Positions 1 to 8,010 are shown, numbered from the stretch's first letter. The stretch is 20,000 nt of DNA from an uncultured virus (IMG/VR IMGVR_UViG_3300028844_003150) (IMGVR_UViG_3300028844_003150:47282-67281); one strand, 5' to 3'. A program made the numbers and translations. Notes: generated by a model from the letters alone, not told the origin.

Positions 1-239
1 ACTACGTTCCCCAATAGCGCACTGTCGAGGACATACATGGTGGCTGATTGGATCTCTCCCGGCAGGATCGGCTGACCGTCATCACGTTCAGTGGGGTTCT
101 GGCATTCGAAAGCCTTCGTTCCTTTGTATACAGTACCTTCTGACATAACATCGAAGGACACTAAAGACAGTATTAACATCAAAGCCACCATCCCAGCCCA
201 GCACTGTATACGGCATTCTTTTTTCGTTAAGTCGAACAT
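1..239 (-). CDS. Exported or membrane-anchored protein with a possible fibronectin type III-like domain (3' truncated; not in ORF track)
   Basis: ATG at 239 with SD GAGGAG (246-251). The frame is open to the window edge: MFDLTKKECRIQCWAGMVALMLILSLVSFDVMSEGTVYKGTKAFECQNPTERDDGQPILPGEIQSATMYVLDSALLGNV. A basic N-terminus and hydrophobic stretch resemble a signal peptide. PTERDDGQPILPGEI resembles the PT-x-R-x-DG-x-P-L-xxx-EI motif of bacterial/phage FN3-like domains. Confidence 0.65.
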   Translation of the reverse strand, partial: MFDLTKKECRIQCWAGMVALMLILSLVSFDVMSEGTVYKGTKAFECQNPTERDDGQPILPGEIQSATMYVLDSALLGNV

Positions 240-242
240 AAA

Positions 243-635
243 CTACTCCTCTATTGGAAACCAAGGGGTGCGTTTCCCCCCATAATATTCTCTTGCTAAA
301 CCCAGTCCTAACATATACTCAGCTAGAGATTCGCCATCAGCATAAATAGACCCGAGAACACGCCCAGCGTACTTACCATATACAACGTTGTCCACAGACA
401 AAGTCTTGCCCTTGAGAAATTCTTCAGCAGTTCTGGTTGCAGTGAGGCCAAGCTCTTTCTCTTTCTTGTTCCGTGTTCTGGTCTCAGGAGTATCGATTCC
501 GAACTCCCGAACAGATATGAGCACCCGGTTACTCGGCCATGTCCTAATATAAAGTAGTGCAGTGTCTCCATCTTTTGCTCTCACCAGTTCCGCTGCATAG
601 GGTCCGTAAACGATCCCCGAAGGTAATACCATCAT
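243..635 (-). CDS. Thermonuclease (staphylococcal nuclease-like) family protein
   Basis: SNase motifs DGDT, VRxxGIDTPE, KYAGRVLG (canonical DKYGR) and a C-terminal GLAR-x-Y-x-GG. ATGA overlap with the upstream gene at 632-635. No signal peptide. Confidence 0.88.
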   Translation of the reverse strand: MMVLPSGIVYGPYAAELVRAKDGDTALLYIRTWPSNRVLISVREFGIDTPETRTRNKKEKELGLTATRTAEEFLKGKTLSVDNVVYGKYAGRVLGSIYADGESLAEYMLGLGLAREYYGGKRTPWFPIEE

Positions 636-1084
636 TGATCTAAAATATCCTCGTGTAACTGGAGTCTCTCCAGCCGCGCTTTACGCTCTTTTGGTGTCTC
701 CCAATACTCAGGACCCGCTGCCATGACGCCACCATAAATAAGCCAGTGCCTGCGATCTTTCTCTGGTACTGACCACAGGTTAGCCATTACCTTACAGCCT
801 TCCAGTAAGTCTTGGTTTGCTTCCCACACAGTACGCTTCTTCTCCATCCCAGAACGATGGAGCCAGAAGTGGTAATCGTGGATGACTGCGGCGGGACTCC
901 AGTAACCTACCTTTGAAATAATCGATTGCGCCAATGGCGGTATGCTTGCAAAATCATGTTCGAAGCCCACCGGAACAACCGTAACCACACCCTTGCTATT
1001 AGTGAAGCTAAACTGTTCGAAGACTCGCCATCTTTGATGGTCGATTTGCTCATTAATATACCGTCCTTGGAAGAAAGGAATCAT
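632..1084 (-). CDS. DUF1353 family protein
   Basis: Motifs VPVGFEHDFASIP (VPxGFxTDxASIP-like) and AAVIHDYH, followed by an EAN helix. ATGA overlap with the upstream gene at 1081-1084. Confidence 0.82.
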   Translation of the reverse strand: MIPFFQGRYINEQIDHQRWRVFEQFSFTNSKGVVTVVPVGFEHDFASIPPLAQSIISKVGYWSPAAVIHDYHFWLHRSGMEKKRTVWEANQDLLEGCKVMANLWSVPEKDRRHWLIYGGVMAAGPEYWETPKERKARLERLQLHEDILDQ

Positions 1085-1275
1085 TTCGGATTAGGGACGA
1101 CGTACTGTGCCACATAGGTTGCAAAACCAGCGAACGCAATACCGACTTCTGCCGGAATAGTTACACCGCTGAATTCCCCTACACTCCACGCTAACATAGT
1201 AGAGAGGAAGGTCATTGCGCCACCGACGTTGACCTTGCGATCAGGGGCTGGGAGTTTGTTAACTGTACCGTTCAT
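1081..1275 (-). CDS. Putative holin (two transmembrane helices)
   Basis: 64 aa with two hydrophobic segments (VNVGGAMTFLSTMLAWSVG and VGIAFAGFATYVAQYVV), directly downstream of the endolysin. SD-like GAGG precedes the ATG. Confidence 0.6.
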   Translation of the reverse strand: MNGTVNKLPAPDRKVNVGGAMTFLSTMLAWSVGEFSGVTIPAEVGIAFAGFATYVAQYVVPNPK

Positions 1276-1277
1276 AA

Positions 1278-1715
1278 TTAAACCTCTGCTGTTCCGCTTT
1301 CCATTTCACGAGCCAGTTCCTGTGCACGAATGCCAACCTGCCTCGCCCATTTACTCTTCAACATATTACGAGCTGCTAAATCATAATGCCCTTCTTCGAT
1401 ATATCCAATAGTATTTCTGAACTGTGCAAAAGTGGGGACACCCATGTTGAACGCCATATTTATGATTACTTCCCGACGCACGTCATCAAGAGAGTCGAAC
1501 CAATAGTACTTTTGCTTTAGTTCTTTGATGGTGTCCTGAATATCGTTGTGAAGGAGGTACAGCGCCTCGTCTTCACTCAGCCCACGGTCACTAATGTTTC
1601 TACCGTAGCCAATTGTAAGTTTCCCGACACTGTCCTTGTACGGTTTGTGATAACCATCCTTGTAGACTCTCCCCTCGTGCCGCTTGAAATCTTCCACCAT
1701 CCTGTCGAAATTCAT
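1278..1715 (-). CDS. Endolysin, glycoside hydrolase family 24 (T4-like lysozyme)
   Basis: Motifs HEG...PYKDSVGKLTIGYGRN (catalytic E14, D28, T34), NMAFNMG and SKWARQVGxRA. No SAR or signal sequence. Confidence 0.93.
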   Translation of the reverse strand: MNFDRMVEDFKRHEGRVYKDGYHKPYKDSVGKLTIGYGRNISDRGLSEDEALYLLHNDIQDTIKELKQKYYWFDSLDDVRREVIINMAFNMGVPTFAQFRNTIGYIEEGHYDLAARNMLKSKWARQVGIRAQELAREMESGTAEV

Positions 1716-1960
1716 ACCCCAAGTCTCCTTATTTGTTCTAACAAGAGATCAATTTCCTGCTGTTCCAGTGGGGTTGGGTCTCTGCTCTCATATCGCGCTT
1801 TGCCCCGAATACGATCAATACGATCCTGTAGTTCCCAACTGCGCTGCTGTTTTACAGCGTTCTCAAAAGTCTCTTGTTTCACATACCGGGTATCCCCGAC
1901 ATACAAAGCCCCCGTACCGGCCCCACCAATGAGGACGGTTATAATCGCTTCTTTAATCAC
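1712..1960 (-). CDS. Small membrane-anchored coiled-coil protein, lysis-associated hypothetical
   Basis: GTG start overlaps the upstream stop (GTGATTAA). An N-terminal hydrophobic segment AIITVLIGGAGTGALYVG is followed by a charged helical region. ATGA overlap with the endolysin start. Confidence 0.65.
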   Translation of the reverse strand: MIKEAIITVLIGGAGTGALYVGDTRYVKQETFENAVKQQRSWELQDRIDRIRGKARYESRDPTPLEQQEIDLLLEQIRRLGV

Positions 1961-2396
1961 GACGCTGCTTCATCCTCGCGTCATAGTTTTCTTGGTGAGA
2001 TACCTCGTTGATCTTGTCGTAGATCACGACAGTAGCCCCGATACCAGATACAAGGATGCTGGCTGCGAGACCCATTGCAATGATGAGTGCTCTGGGGGTT
2101 ACTACCTCATGCTTCTTTGCGTAATTGTCTCCGACTTCCCTGCGAACTTCCAGTTGGCAAGCAGCTAATTTGTTGCTGACCATTTCAGGGATGCGATAGA
2201 CATTGCCGCTGATCTCATCCAGTCGAGCATGGATACTGGCTTCCTCTCTGGCAGACCGGCTCAGAAATTCTACAGACGCCTGCTCGAAGGTGTTCTGTTG
2301 CTGTTCGAGAAGTCCAAGGCGCACCTGATGGTCATCAACACGCTGGTCTAGTGCGTGCAGTTCCCTCTGGATTTGCTCTACAGCGTCAGTAGTCAT
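1953..2396 (-). CDS. Coiled-coil protein with a C-terminal TM helix (holin/antiholin-like hypothetical), 147 aa
   Basis: Start revised from 2492 to the ATG at 2396 (AGGA SD upstream; this removes the overlap with 2405..2716). Heptad-rich N-terminus and TM segment ALIIAMGLAASILVSGIGATVVIY. Confidence 0.65.
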   Translation of the reverse strand: MTTDAVEQIQRELHALDQRVDDHQVRLGLLEQQQNTFEQASVEFLSRSAREEASIHARLDEISGNVYRIPEMVSNKLAACQLEVRREVGDNYAKKHEVVTPRALIIAMGLAASILVSGIGATVVIYDKINEVSHQENYDARMKQRRD

Positions 2397-2404
2397 TACA
2401 TGTC

Positions 2405-2716
2405 CTATGCGATATTCGGGTATACGGTGAATTTGGATATATCTGATTTCCAAGACCCGGTAGGTAATGTAACGTGAGCTTGGATCTTCCACTTACCATT
2501 GGGAACGAGGTCATCCGCGATAGTTACATACTGGATAATCCCATCAGTTCCGTTTGTCTTGAACACAGATGTCTGGGTAACTGTTGTGCCATCAGGCTTT
2601 TCGAACAGGATGAATTGTGCGGTGGCTCCTGAAAGGTCAACAATTACGTCACCGTCCAAGAGAGTGATCTCGAAGATTGTCCCAATGTCCCCTTCATGGA
2701 TTTCTCTTGCTGCCAT
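2405..2716 (-). CDS. Stand-alone BppU-N (DUF2479)-like beta-sandwich virion protein
   Basis: Pattern GDIG...DLSGAT...FxKPDGT...G-x-DGxIQY...DL...GxWxIQA...FxV is typical of BppU N-terminal-like phage domains. Confidence 0.7.
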   Translation of the reverse strand: MAAREIHEGDIGTIFEITLLDGDVIVDLSGATAQFILFEKPDGTTVTQTSVFKTNGTDGIIQYVTIADDLVPNGKWKIQAHVTLPTGSWKSDISKFTVYPNIA

Positions 2717-2717
2717 G

Positions 2718-2906
2718 TCATAACTCCACAGAGTGCTCTGATAGCTCAGTTATAAAATTCGTATGTGCATAAACTTGGTTTATGTACCCATCCACTTCCT
2801 TAGTCGGAGTGACGTATAACTGCTGCTGCTCTGTCATGTGTATATGGGCCTCTTCGCTAAGAACAGGATTTATATANNAAGCAGTGATCTCAATTATATC
2901 AGCCAA
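2718..2906 (-). CDS. Small 10-residue-repeat protein (contains NN ambiguity)
   Basis: TTG start; fills the gap between neighbours. Aromatic/His plus I/V pairs occur at residues 11, 21, 31, 41 and 51. Codon 10 is TNN (2877-2878), so the N-terminal frame is uncertain. Confidence 0.55.
   Translation of the reverse strand: MADIIEITAXYINPVLSEEAHIHMTEQQQLYVTPTKEVDGYINQVYAHTNFITELSEHSVEL
2877..2878. other. Ambiguous bases (NN), assembly or scaffold uncertainty
   Basis: The sequence reads tatatannaa at 2871-2880. Confidence 0.98.
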
Positions 2907-2911
2907 AACGA

Positions 2912-3049
2912 CTATCTCTCTAATCTAAATGCGACTAACTTAGTGATCTTCAGCCCGAAACGGACAATTTCTACCCACGCCGCCGCGAAACTGTAGAGCA
3001 CCCCAAGTCCAAAACTGTATACCGGCTTTCCCATTCCTAGAGTATTCAT
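2912..3049 (-). CDS. Small hypothetical virion-associated protein, 45 aa (not in ORF track)
   Basis: The ATG overlaps the upstream TGA (ATGA, 3046-3049). Translation: MNTLGMGKPVYSFGLGVLYSFAAAWVEIVRFGLKITKLVAFRLER*. TAG at 2912-2914; it fills the gap almost exactly. Confidence 0.7.
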   Translation of the reverse strand: MNTLGMGKPVYSFGLGVLYSFAAAWVEIVRFGLKITKLVAFRLER

Positions 3050-3594
3050 TGTGGTGTAATGTCGCTCAGGTCAGTATTAACATCGAATACATAAAGTGGG
3101 GTTACGTTGTCACTGTCATATATAGTGATCGTGTCCCCTACCTTATCCCAAACACGCCTGTTGAAATGCGCTTGTTCGATCTTGGTAAGGCGTCCGTCTT
3201 GCTCAGGACTTAGGCCGCTGCCAACAGATACGATTTGCAGACCCGCTGAGTTACTCGGGTTCACAGATACATTGTTGAACGTCCGCTGGGTGAACAAGTT
3301 GTTATTTGCACCAACGAGGTTCACAACGTACGACCCATCCTCCCACGTACAGAAATACGGATCGATCATAATCACAGCTCGGGCATACGTCACACCAGCT
3401 ACTGTGTACTCCGTGTTGTGCAAATGCGTCTTCGGCCACGGGCGACCATCAGGGTCATCCTCAAGGTCACGCAGCTTCAGCCTGAATGCATCAACATCCA
3501 TCTCATAGATTTCCGGGGAGGCCGACACCACAGTCAGATACGACTTTGGTATCGAGATCTCCCCGGTAATCCAGTTTACGGTTGGATCAGCCAT
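3046..3594 (-). CDS. Putative tail-associated structural protein
   Basis: 182 aa, TAATG-coupled to the upstream gene at 3594, beta-rich, located in the tail module. No specific family recognised. Confidence 0.7.
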   Translation of the reverse strand: MADPTVNWITGEISIPKSYLTVVSASPEIYEMDVDAFRLKLRDLEDDPDGRPWPKTHLHNTEYTVAGVTYARAVIMIDPYFCTWEDGSYVVNLVGANNNLFTQRTFNNVSVNPSNSAGLQIVSVGSGLSPEQDGRLTKIEQAHFNRRVWDKVGDTITIYDSDNVTPLYVFDVNTDLSDITPQ

Positions 3595-5978
3595 TAGGCG
3601 TCAGAGTTGCGAACTGCACCAACCTCGAAGCCCGTAGTACCGAAGGTCGCTGTAGCTGGGAACGGCTTGATCGGGCCATTCTTAATTGCGGAGTAACCGT
3701 TCTTGACTACGATAGCGACTGGAGTAGTTCCGGCACCCTTAACAGCGGTGTACGAAGCCTCAGTACCACTTGTGATCTCAGCGTCATAGAAAGCCCGCAT
3801 CACGTTGTTACCGATGGCTGCTGCAATACCAGCTGTACCCACCAAGGTGTAAGTGCTACCAGTGTACGAAGCGTATTCGATCAGTTCGTAGTTGCCATCA
3901 GCGTCACGCTCTACACGAAGGAAGCCAGCTGCCGGGGTGTTATCCGGGATGGAAGTGACCTCAATCTGCGTAGAACCAGCTGTGATTGCACTGGTCGCTA
4001 CAGTTGCTTCGTCGTAATCCGGCTCAGCATCTCCGTTGATGTCAGTGGAAACGCCGTCCCATGGGTAGATTGTGACGGTATCACCAATCAACAACTTCGT
4101 AACCTTACCAGTCTGGTTATTCGGTGGCTGCTGCTGGACACCCGCTAAGTTAGTGAGCAAGTCACCAACGATGGCGTCACTGTTATCCAGACCGATACCG
4201 AAGTTGGTTTGGAAGTTACTACCAGTGTAAACACCGACGAACTGGTTATTAATGGTACGTGTAGCAACTGTGCCGTTAACAGCTACGGACTGGTTAGAGG
4301 TAGCGCCATACAGGAGCTGCCCATCGACAGGGTCAAGACCAGTCAAAAGCTGCAGGTAGAGATTACCTGTAGTGCCGTCATCATCCAGACCAAGCAATAG
4401 TGCAGTACCAGCAGTAGAGTTAGAGGTGACTGTACCAACAGTACCGTTACCACCGGAGGTCACACCCGTAATAGTTTCAGATGTAGCTGGAGGGGCGTAA
4501 CCGTTCATGTCAACGATCAGGGTACCAGCAGCACCGTTGTCATCGTCATACAGGATACGGGCGCGACTACCACCACTGAACGTTACAACCTCACCAACAG
4601 TGAAGTTGACCGTCTGGACGGTGTACGGAATCTCTGTACCCCAGACCATGAGTTCCGCTGCTGTCAGGTTGCCCGACTCGGTGTCATACGCAAAGTTCCT
4701 GTTAACACCAGTGAACAGTTGAGCGTTACGGGCGAACAGGGTTTCAGAAGTACCGCGCCGCTGGATGTACTTGGTACGTTCGTAAGACTGCAGCGAACTG
4801 GCAGAGCCGAAGTCCATCCTCAGGTAGTATTCCGTTGCACCGTTACCGTTGTTGTAATCGATGGTCTGGAAACCTTCGGTCAGTACGATGGTGTTGTACG
4901 GAGCACCCGCGACAGTACCTACAGCTGTAAGGTTGTTACCGTCAGCACTGGAGAACAACGCCAATGCGGTAGTACCAGTAGCCAGAGTCGTGCCACCTTC
5001 GAAGTACGAATGACCAAACTCAAGCAGCTTACCCTTGATACGCTTACCATCGATATCTACATCATCATCGCGGGTTTTGATGAGCATACGAATGTTGCCA
5101 TCAATGGAATGCGGCATGAACGCGTTCTTCCAGTAGTCGGTGACAATAGCGTCGGCCTGAATAAGGACAGGCTGCGTGTCTCCGTTTGGTGTCGTAACCT
5201 GTAGGTTCAAACCAGAGTACAGGGTTGCACCACTGGACTGTGAAATACTACCGTCGTACATGTGCTGGGCAATGGTGTCATCGATTACCATGGTACTCAG
5301 CAAGTTCACGATCTTGTTCGTATCCTTACCGGAAGGAACAGGATCGATACGGCTCAGGTCATCGTTACCGTAGATGTCCTCGTTATCGTTGAGGTCAGAT
5401 AACAGACGGTGCATGTGCAGTGGGGTGTAGGCACGATCATGGATCACACCGTTAACAGTACCGTCACCCGAAGCTCCGTTACTGAAGGTATCGTTATCAG
5501 CAGGCAGACCAAGGTCAACCGGGCTGACGAAACGTACTGATAGTTCACCAGACGCACCAGCGTCACTTTCCACCGTAATAAGTTCAGCAACCTGACCACC
5601 ACTGAAAGTCAGCGTGTCGCCTGCCGTTACGTTGCCTGTTTGACCATCGAAGAAGAAGGAGTGTGTAGCGCCGAGAGCTGGGCCAGCCCATACCATGATA
5701 CCGGTTGAAGGAACCGTGATGTCATCCCGCATGTAAGCCGGGTAGAGCATTAGATCCGGTGCGCCATCTACAACTGCAGTAGTTGTGTTTTGCGTGAGCG
5801 TCAAACCATCCGAAGGCGCAACACCAGAAACATGCGCGATCTTCAGTTTGCCAGTTGTACCGTCATCGAAGACGCCGACGATAAAGCCGACACCTCCAGT
5901 CCACGTTACGTTTGCGCCTTCTGCGACAAACGGGCCATTAGCCTCGGTGTCGTATTTGACGTTGTAATAATCAGTCAT
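3594..5978 (-). CDS. Putative tail fibre/spike or outer virion protein with four ~65-70 aa beta repeats
   Basis: 794 aa, G/T/D/N-rich and acidic. Repeats carry D-[DAN]-G-x-x-G-x-L (DDGTTGKL, DAGASGEL, DNGAAGTL, DDGTTGNL). SD GAGGA upstream of the ATG. Confidence 0.75.
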   Translation of the reverse strand: MTDYYNVKYDTEANGPFVAEGANVTWTGGVGFIVGVFDDGTTGKLKIAHVSGVAPSDGLTLTQNTTTAVVDGAPDLMLYPAYMRDDITVPSTGIMVWAGPALGATHSFFFDGQTGNVTAGDTLTFSGGQVAELITVESDAGASGELSVRFVSPVDLGLPADNDTFSNGASGDGTVNGVIHDRAYTPLHMHRLLSDLNDNEDIYGNDDLSRIDPVPSGKDTNKIVNLLSTMVIDDTIAQHMYDGSISQSSGATLYSGLNLQVTTPNGDTQPVLIQADAIVTDYWKNAFMPHSIDGNIRMLIKTRDDDVDIDGKRIKGKLLEFGHSYFEGGTTLATGTTALALFSSADGNNLTAVGTVAGAPYNTIVLTEGFQTIDYNNGNGATEYYLRMDFGSASSLQSYERTKYIQRRGTSETLFARNAQLFTGVNRNFAYDTESGNLTAAELMVWGTEIPYTVQTVNFTVGEVVTFSGGSRARILYDDDNGAAGTLIVDMNGYAPPATSETITGVTSGGNGTVGTVTSNSTAGTALLLGLDDDGTTGNLYLQLLTGLDPVDGQLLYGATSNQSVAVNGTVATRTINNQFVGVYTGSNFQTNFGIGLDNSDAIVGDLLTNLAGVQQQPPNNQTGKVTKLLIGDTVTIYPWDGVSTDINGDAEPDYDEATVATSAITAGSTQIEVTSIPDNTPAAGFLRVERDADGNYELIEYASYTGSTYTLVGTAGIAAAIGNNVMRAFYDAEITSGTEASYTAVKGAGTTPVAIVVKNGYSAIKNGPIKPFPATATFGTTGFEVGAVRNSDA
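4272..5960 (-). repeat. Four diverged protein-level repeats in the 794-aa protein
   Basis: R1 is at 5763-5960, R2 at 5448-5657 and an inner copy at 4428-4631. The outer copy is split into 4635-4694 and 4272-4403. Confidence 0.7.
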
Positions 5979-5989
5979 GTTTAAGTTCC

Positions 5990-7834
5990 TCAGTCAGGTA
6001 TTAATAAAACAGTAGTGGATAACCCGTTACCAGAATCTACTGTCCCAGTAATAGAGCCGGGAACAAACACTGGTTCCTCAGACCCCTTCTTCACACTTCC
6101 AGACACTGGCTGGTTCGACCCATAAGCCCGTGTATCTGAAATCACGCCACTAGCATTAGTTACACCATCGATAATGATGGCAGTGGCTTTAATCGTTCCA
6201 GTTGCCGGGGTTGTTGGAGTCCCAGAAACTGTGAATGTATAAGCATTAGCGCCGGTTACAGTGATAGTCTTAATGCGGTTGTATTCATTCTGATCTGCCC
6301 CGGTGATCTTCACCTTGTGCCCAGTAGACAAGCCATGAGCCGTGTGGCTGACCGTAGCGGTGCTACCAGAACGGGTGATGGTGACAGTTTCATCCCACGG
6401 AAAAGGCCCAGTATTATCAGAAGGAGTTACTGTGACAGCAGCTCCTTGTATTACTGAGTTATCTTCTTGATTCCTAACAGTAACTGTCATGGTAGCCTGT
6501 CCGGATACCACAGTTACTGTAGCCCCGGCAGTGCGGATATACGGGGTGGAATACCCAGATCCGACGTTGATGGTCAGGGTACCGGAGCCTACATTGACGT
6601 AAATCGCTTCAGTACCAGCCGTACCATCCGAAGAAGCGTAGCTGGCAGTATCGAGGTAGTTGTTCCACGTCATCGTACCTGTGCCGAGACTGGTCAGTTC
6701 TACAGCGTGGTTGGAATTACCGATGAAAGTGTTGTCTTGAAGGTCTGCGAGGTCATCTGTTACTACAGCCGCCGAACTGGTCGCTACGCTCGAACTATCG
6801 ATCAAGCAGTTATCCAGTGTGGCGCTGTTGAGAGTAATCGCATCACACCCGCGCCATGTAGTTCCATCTGCTGTGCAGGCAGCACGCAGAGTAGTAATAC
6901 CGATGTCAGTGAATACGCCACCAATAATATCGAACACCGAACTGGCATTGTTCACCACGATCCTGCCGGGGTTATTGGTACCCAGTGCAGTTATATTGAT
7001 GTTAGTCCAGTACACCTCAGTGGAGGCGTGGTCAATAATGAATTGGGTGAAATCAGTTGCGCTATGTACGGTATCTACCAAGGATATGGATACGTCGCTG
7101 TCCTCGAAATAAGCCAGCGTGGCTACCTGAGAATTGTTTTGCCCAATAACAAATCGGCCCTGTAATTCGTATGCAGAGCCTACTGCCGTCAGGATTCCCC
7201 AGCGATTGTTGATGCTGTCGTTCTGGGCGTTGAATCCCGCGAAGGTTGCCGGGGTTGTGGCATCTCCAGCCGTAATATACGCGCCCGTCCCGTAACGTAT
7301 CGCGTCACAGCCGATGTTAGAACCTTTAACCGTGGCCAGCGTCTTGAGGCCAAAGCCGAAGTATGTAGGAGTAGCCCCCGGAGTTCCGTTCACTGTCCGG
7401 TATGGAATGCTACCTGTGTTGGAGGTGGTCACGTAGTCAACCACGTAGCACCGGGCTACCCTGCCAGCAGCACCATAGGTATTGCTACCCTCGACGTGGA
7501 ACTGCATGAAGTTGGCGGTGCTCGTGCCAATGATGACATACGCCCCGCGATTGGCGAGGGTATCTGAAAGGCCGGGGGTAGCGTTGAACCCCCACACGAA
7601 AATATGTATCCCGGCAGCAACTGTGCCTGTTCCGGGCGTCTTGTTTACCGCAAGGCCACGTTCCGCGTTGGAAGCTGGCTTATCCCAGCAACCTGCACCC
7701 TGCATACCCAAGTCAGCACCGAACGCAGGAGCACCACCACCGCCGCCTGAAATATTAAAAGCTGTCCAGCCGGTGGAGGCGGATTCCGCCAGATCAATAT
7801 CAGTAAGGTCTTCTGTGTACGCAGGAACAGCCAT
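5990..7834 (-). CDS. Putative tail spike/fibre: lectin-like N-terminus, beta-helix-like middle, FCCH-like module near the C-terminus
   Basis: 614 aa, very T/G/S/A-rich. Short beta-helix-like rungs (YWTNINIT, GGVFTDIG, GTTWRGCD, LDNCLID, LQDNTFIG). TATVSHTAHGLSTGHKVKITG..YN..TIT...YTF resembles the E1-FCCH-like barrel found in phage tail proteins. Confidence 0.72.
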   Translation of the reverse strand: MAVPAYTEDLTDIDLAESASTGWTAFNISGGGGGAPAFGADLGMQGAGCWDKPASNAERGLAVNKTPGTGTVAAGIHIFVWGFNATPGLSDTLANRGAYVIIGTSTANFMQFHVEGSNTYGAAGRVARCYVVDYVTTSNTGSIPYRTVNGTPGATPTYFGFGLKTLATVKGSNIGCDAIRYGTGAYITAGDATTPATFAGFNAQNDSINNRWGILTAVGSAYELQGRFVIGQNNSQVATLAYFEDSDVSISLVDTVHSATDFTQFIIDHASTEVYWTNINITALGTNNPGRIVVNNASSVFDIIGGVFTDIGITTLRAACTADGTTWRGCDAITLNSATLDNCLIDSSSVATSSAAVVTDDLADLQDNTFIGNSNHAVELTSLGTGTMTWNNYLDTASYASSDGTAGTEAIYVNVGSGTLTINVGSGYSTPYIRTAGATVTVVSGQATMTVTVRNQEDNSVIQGAAVTVTPSDNTGPFPWDETVTITRSGSTATVSHTAHGLSTGHKVKITGADQNEYNRIKTITVTGANAYTFTVSGTPTTPATGTIKATAIIIDGVTNASGVISDTRAYGSNQPVSGSVKKGSEEPVFVPGSITGTVDSGNGLSTTVLLIPD

Positions 7835-8007
7835 TATTTAACTCGTTTTAGTCTCGGGTTTCGCTTCTTGGCAGCTTTCGATGCCTTACGGGTCGCTGAT
7901 GCCAGTATCGCTCCGGCAGCGTCTTTGCTCACTCCGGATCTCTTCGCAATCTTTGCCTGCACCGATTTAAAACCGGGATGGGGATTTGCTCTCAATCCTC
8001 TAGCCAT
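7834..8007 (-). CDS. Small highly basic protein, 57 aa (not in ORF track)
   Basis: Strong SD GGAGGTGA at 8011-8018 and ATG at 8007. Translation: MARGLRANPHPGFKSVQAKIAKRSGVSKDAAGAILASATRKASKAAKKRNPRLKRVK*. It has 17 K/R against 1 D. TAATG overlap with the next gene at 7834. Confidence 0.88.
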   Translation of the reverse strand: MARGLRANPHPGFKSVQAKIAKRSGVSKDAAGAILASATRKASKAAKKRNPRLKRVK

Positions 8008-8010
8008 GCG

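Noticed and set aside
2397..2492. N-terminal extension of the 179-aa ORF
   Set aside because: It overlaps the BppU-like gene. The ATG at 2396 has an AGGA SD and a normal spacer.
2907..2914. Stop-codon readthrough joining the 45-aa and 62-aa ORFs
   Set aside because: The two ORFs are in different frames and no convincing slippery heptamer was seen.
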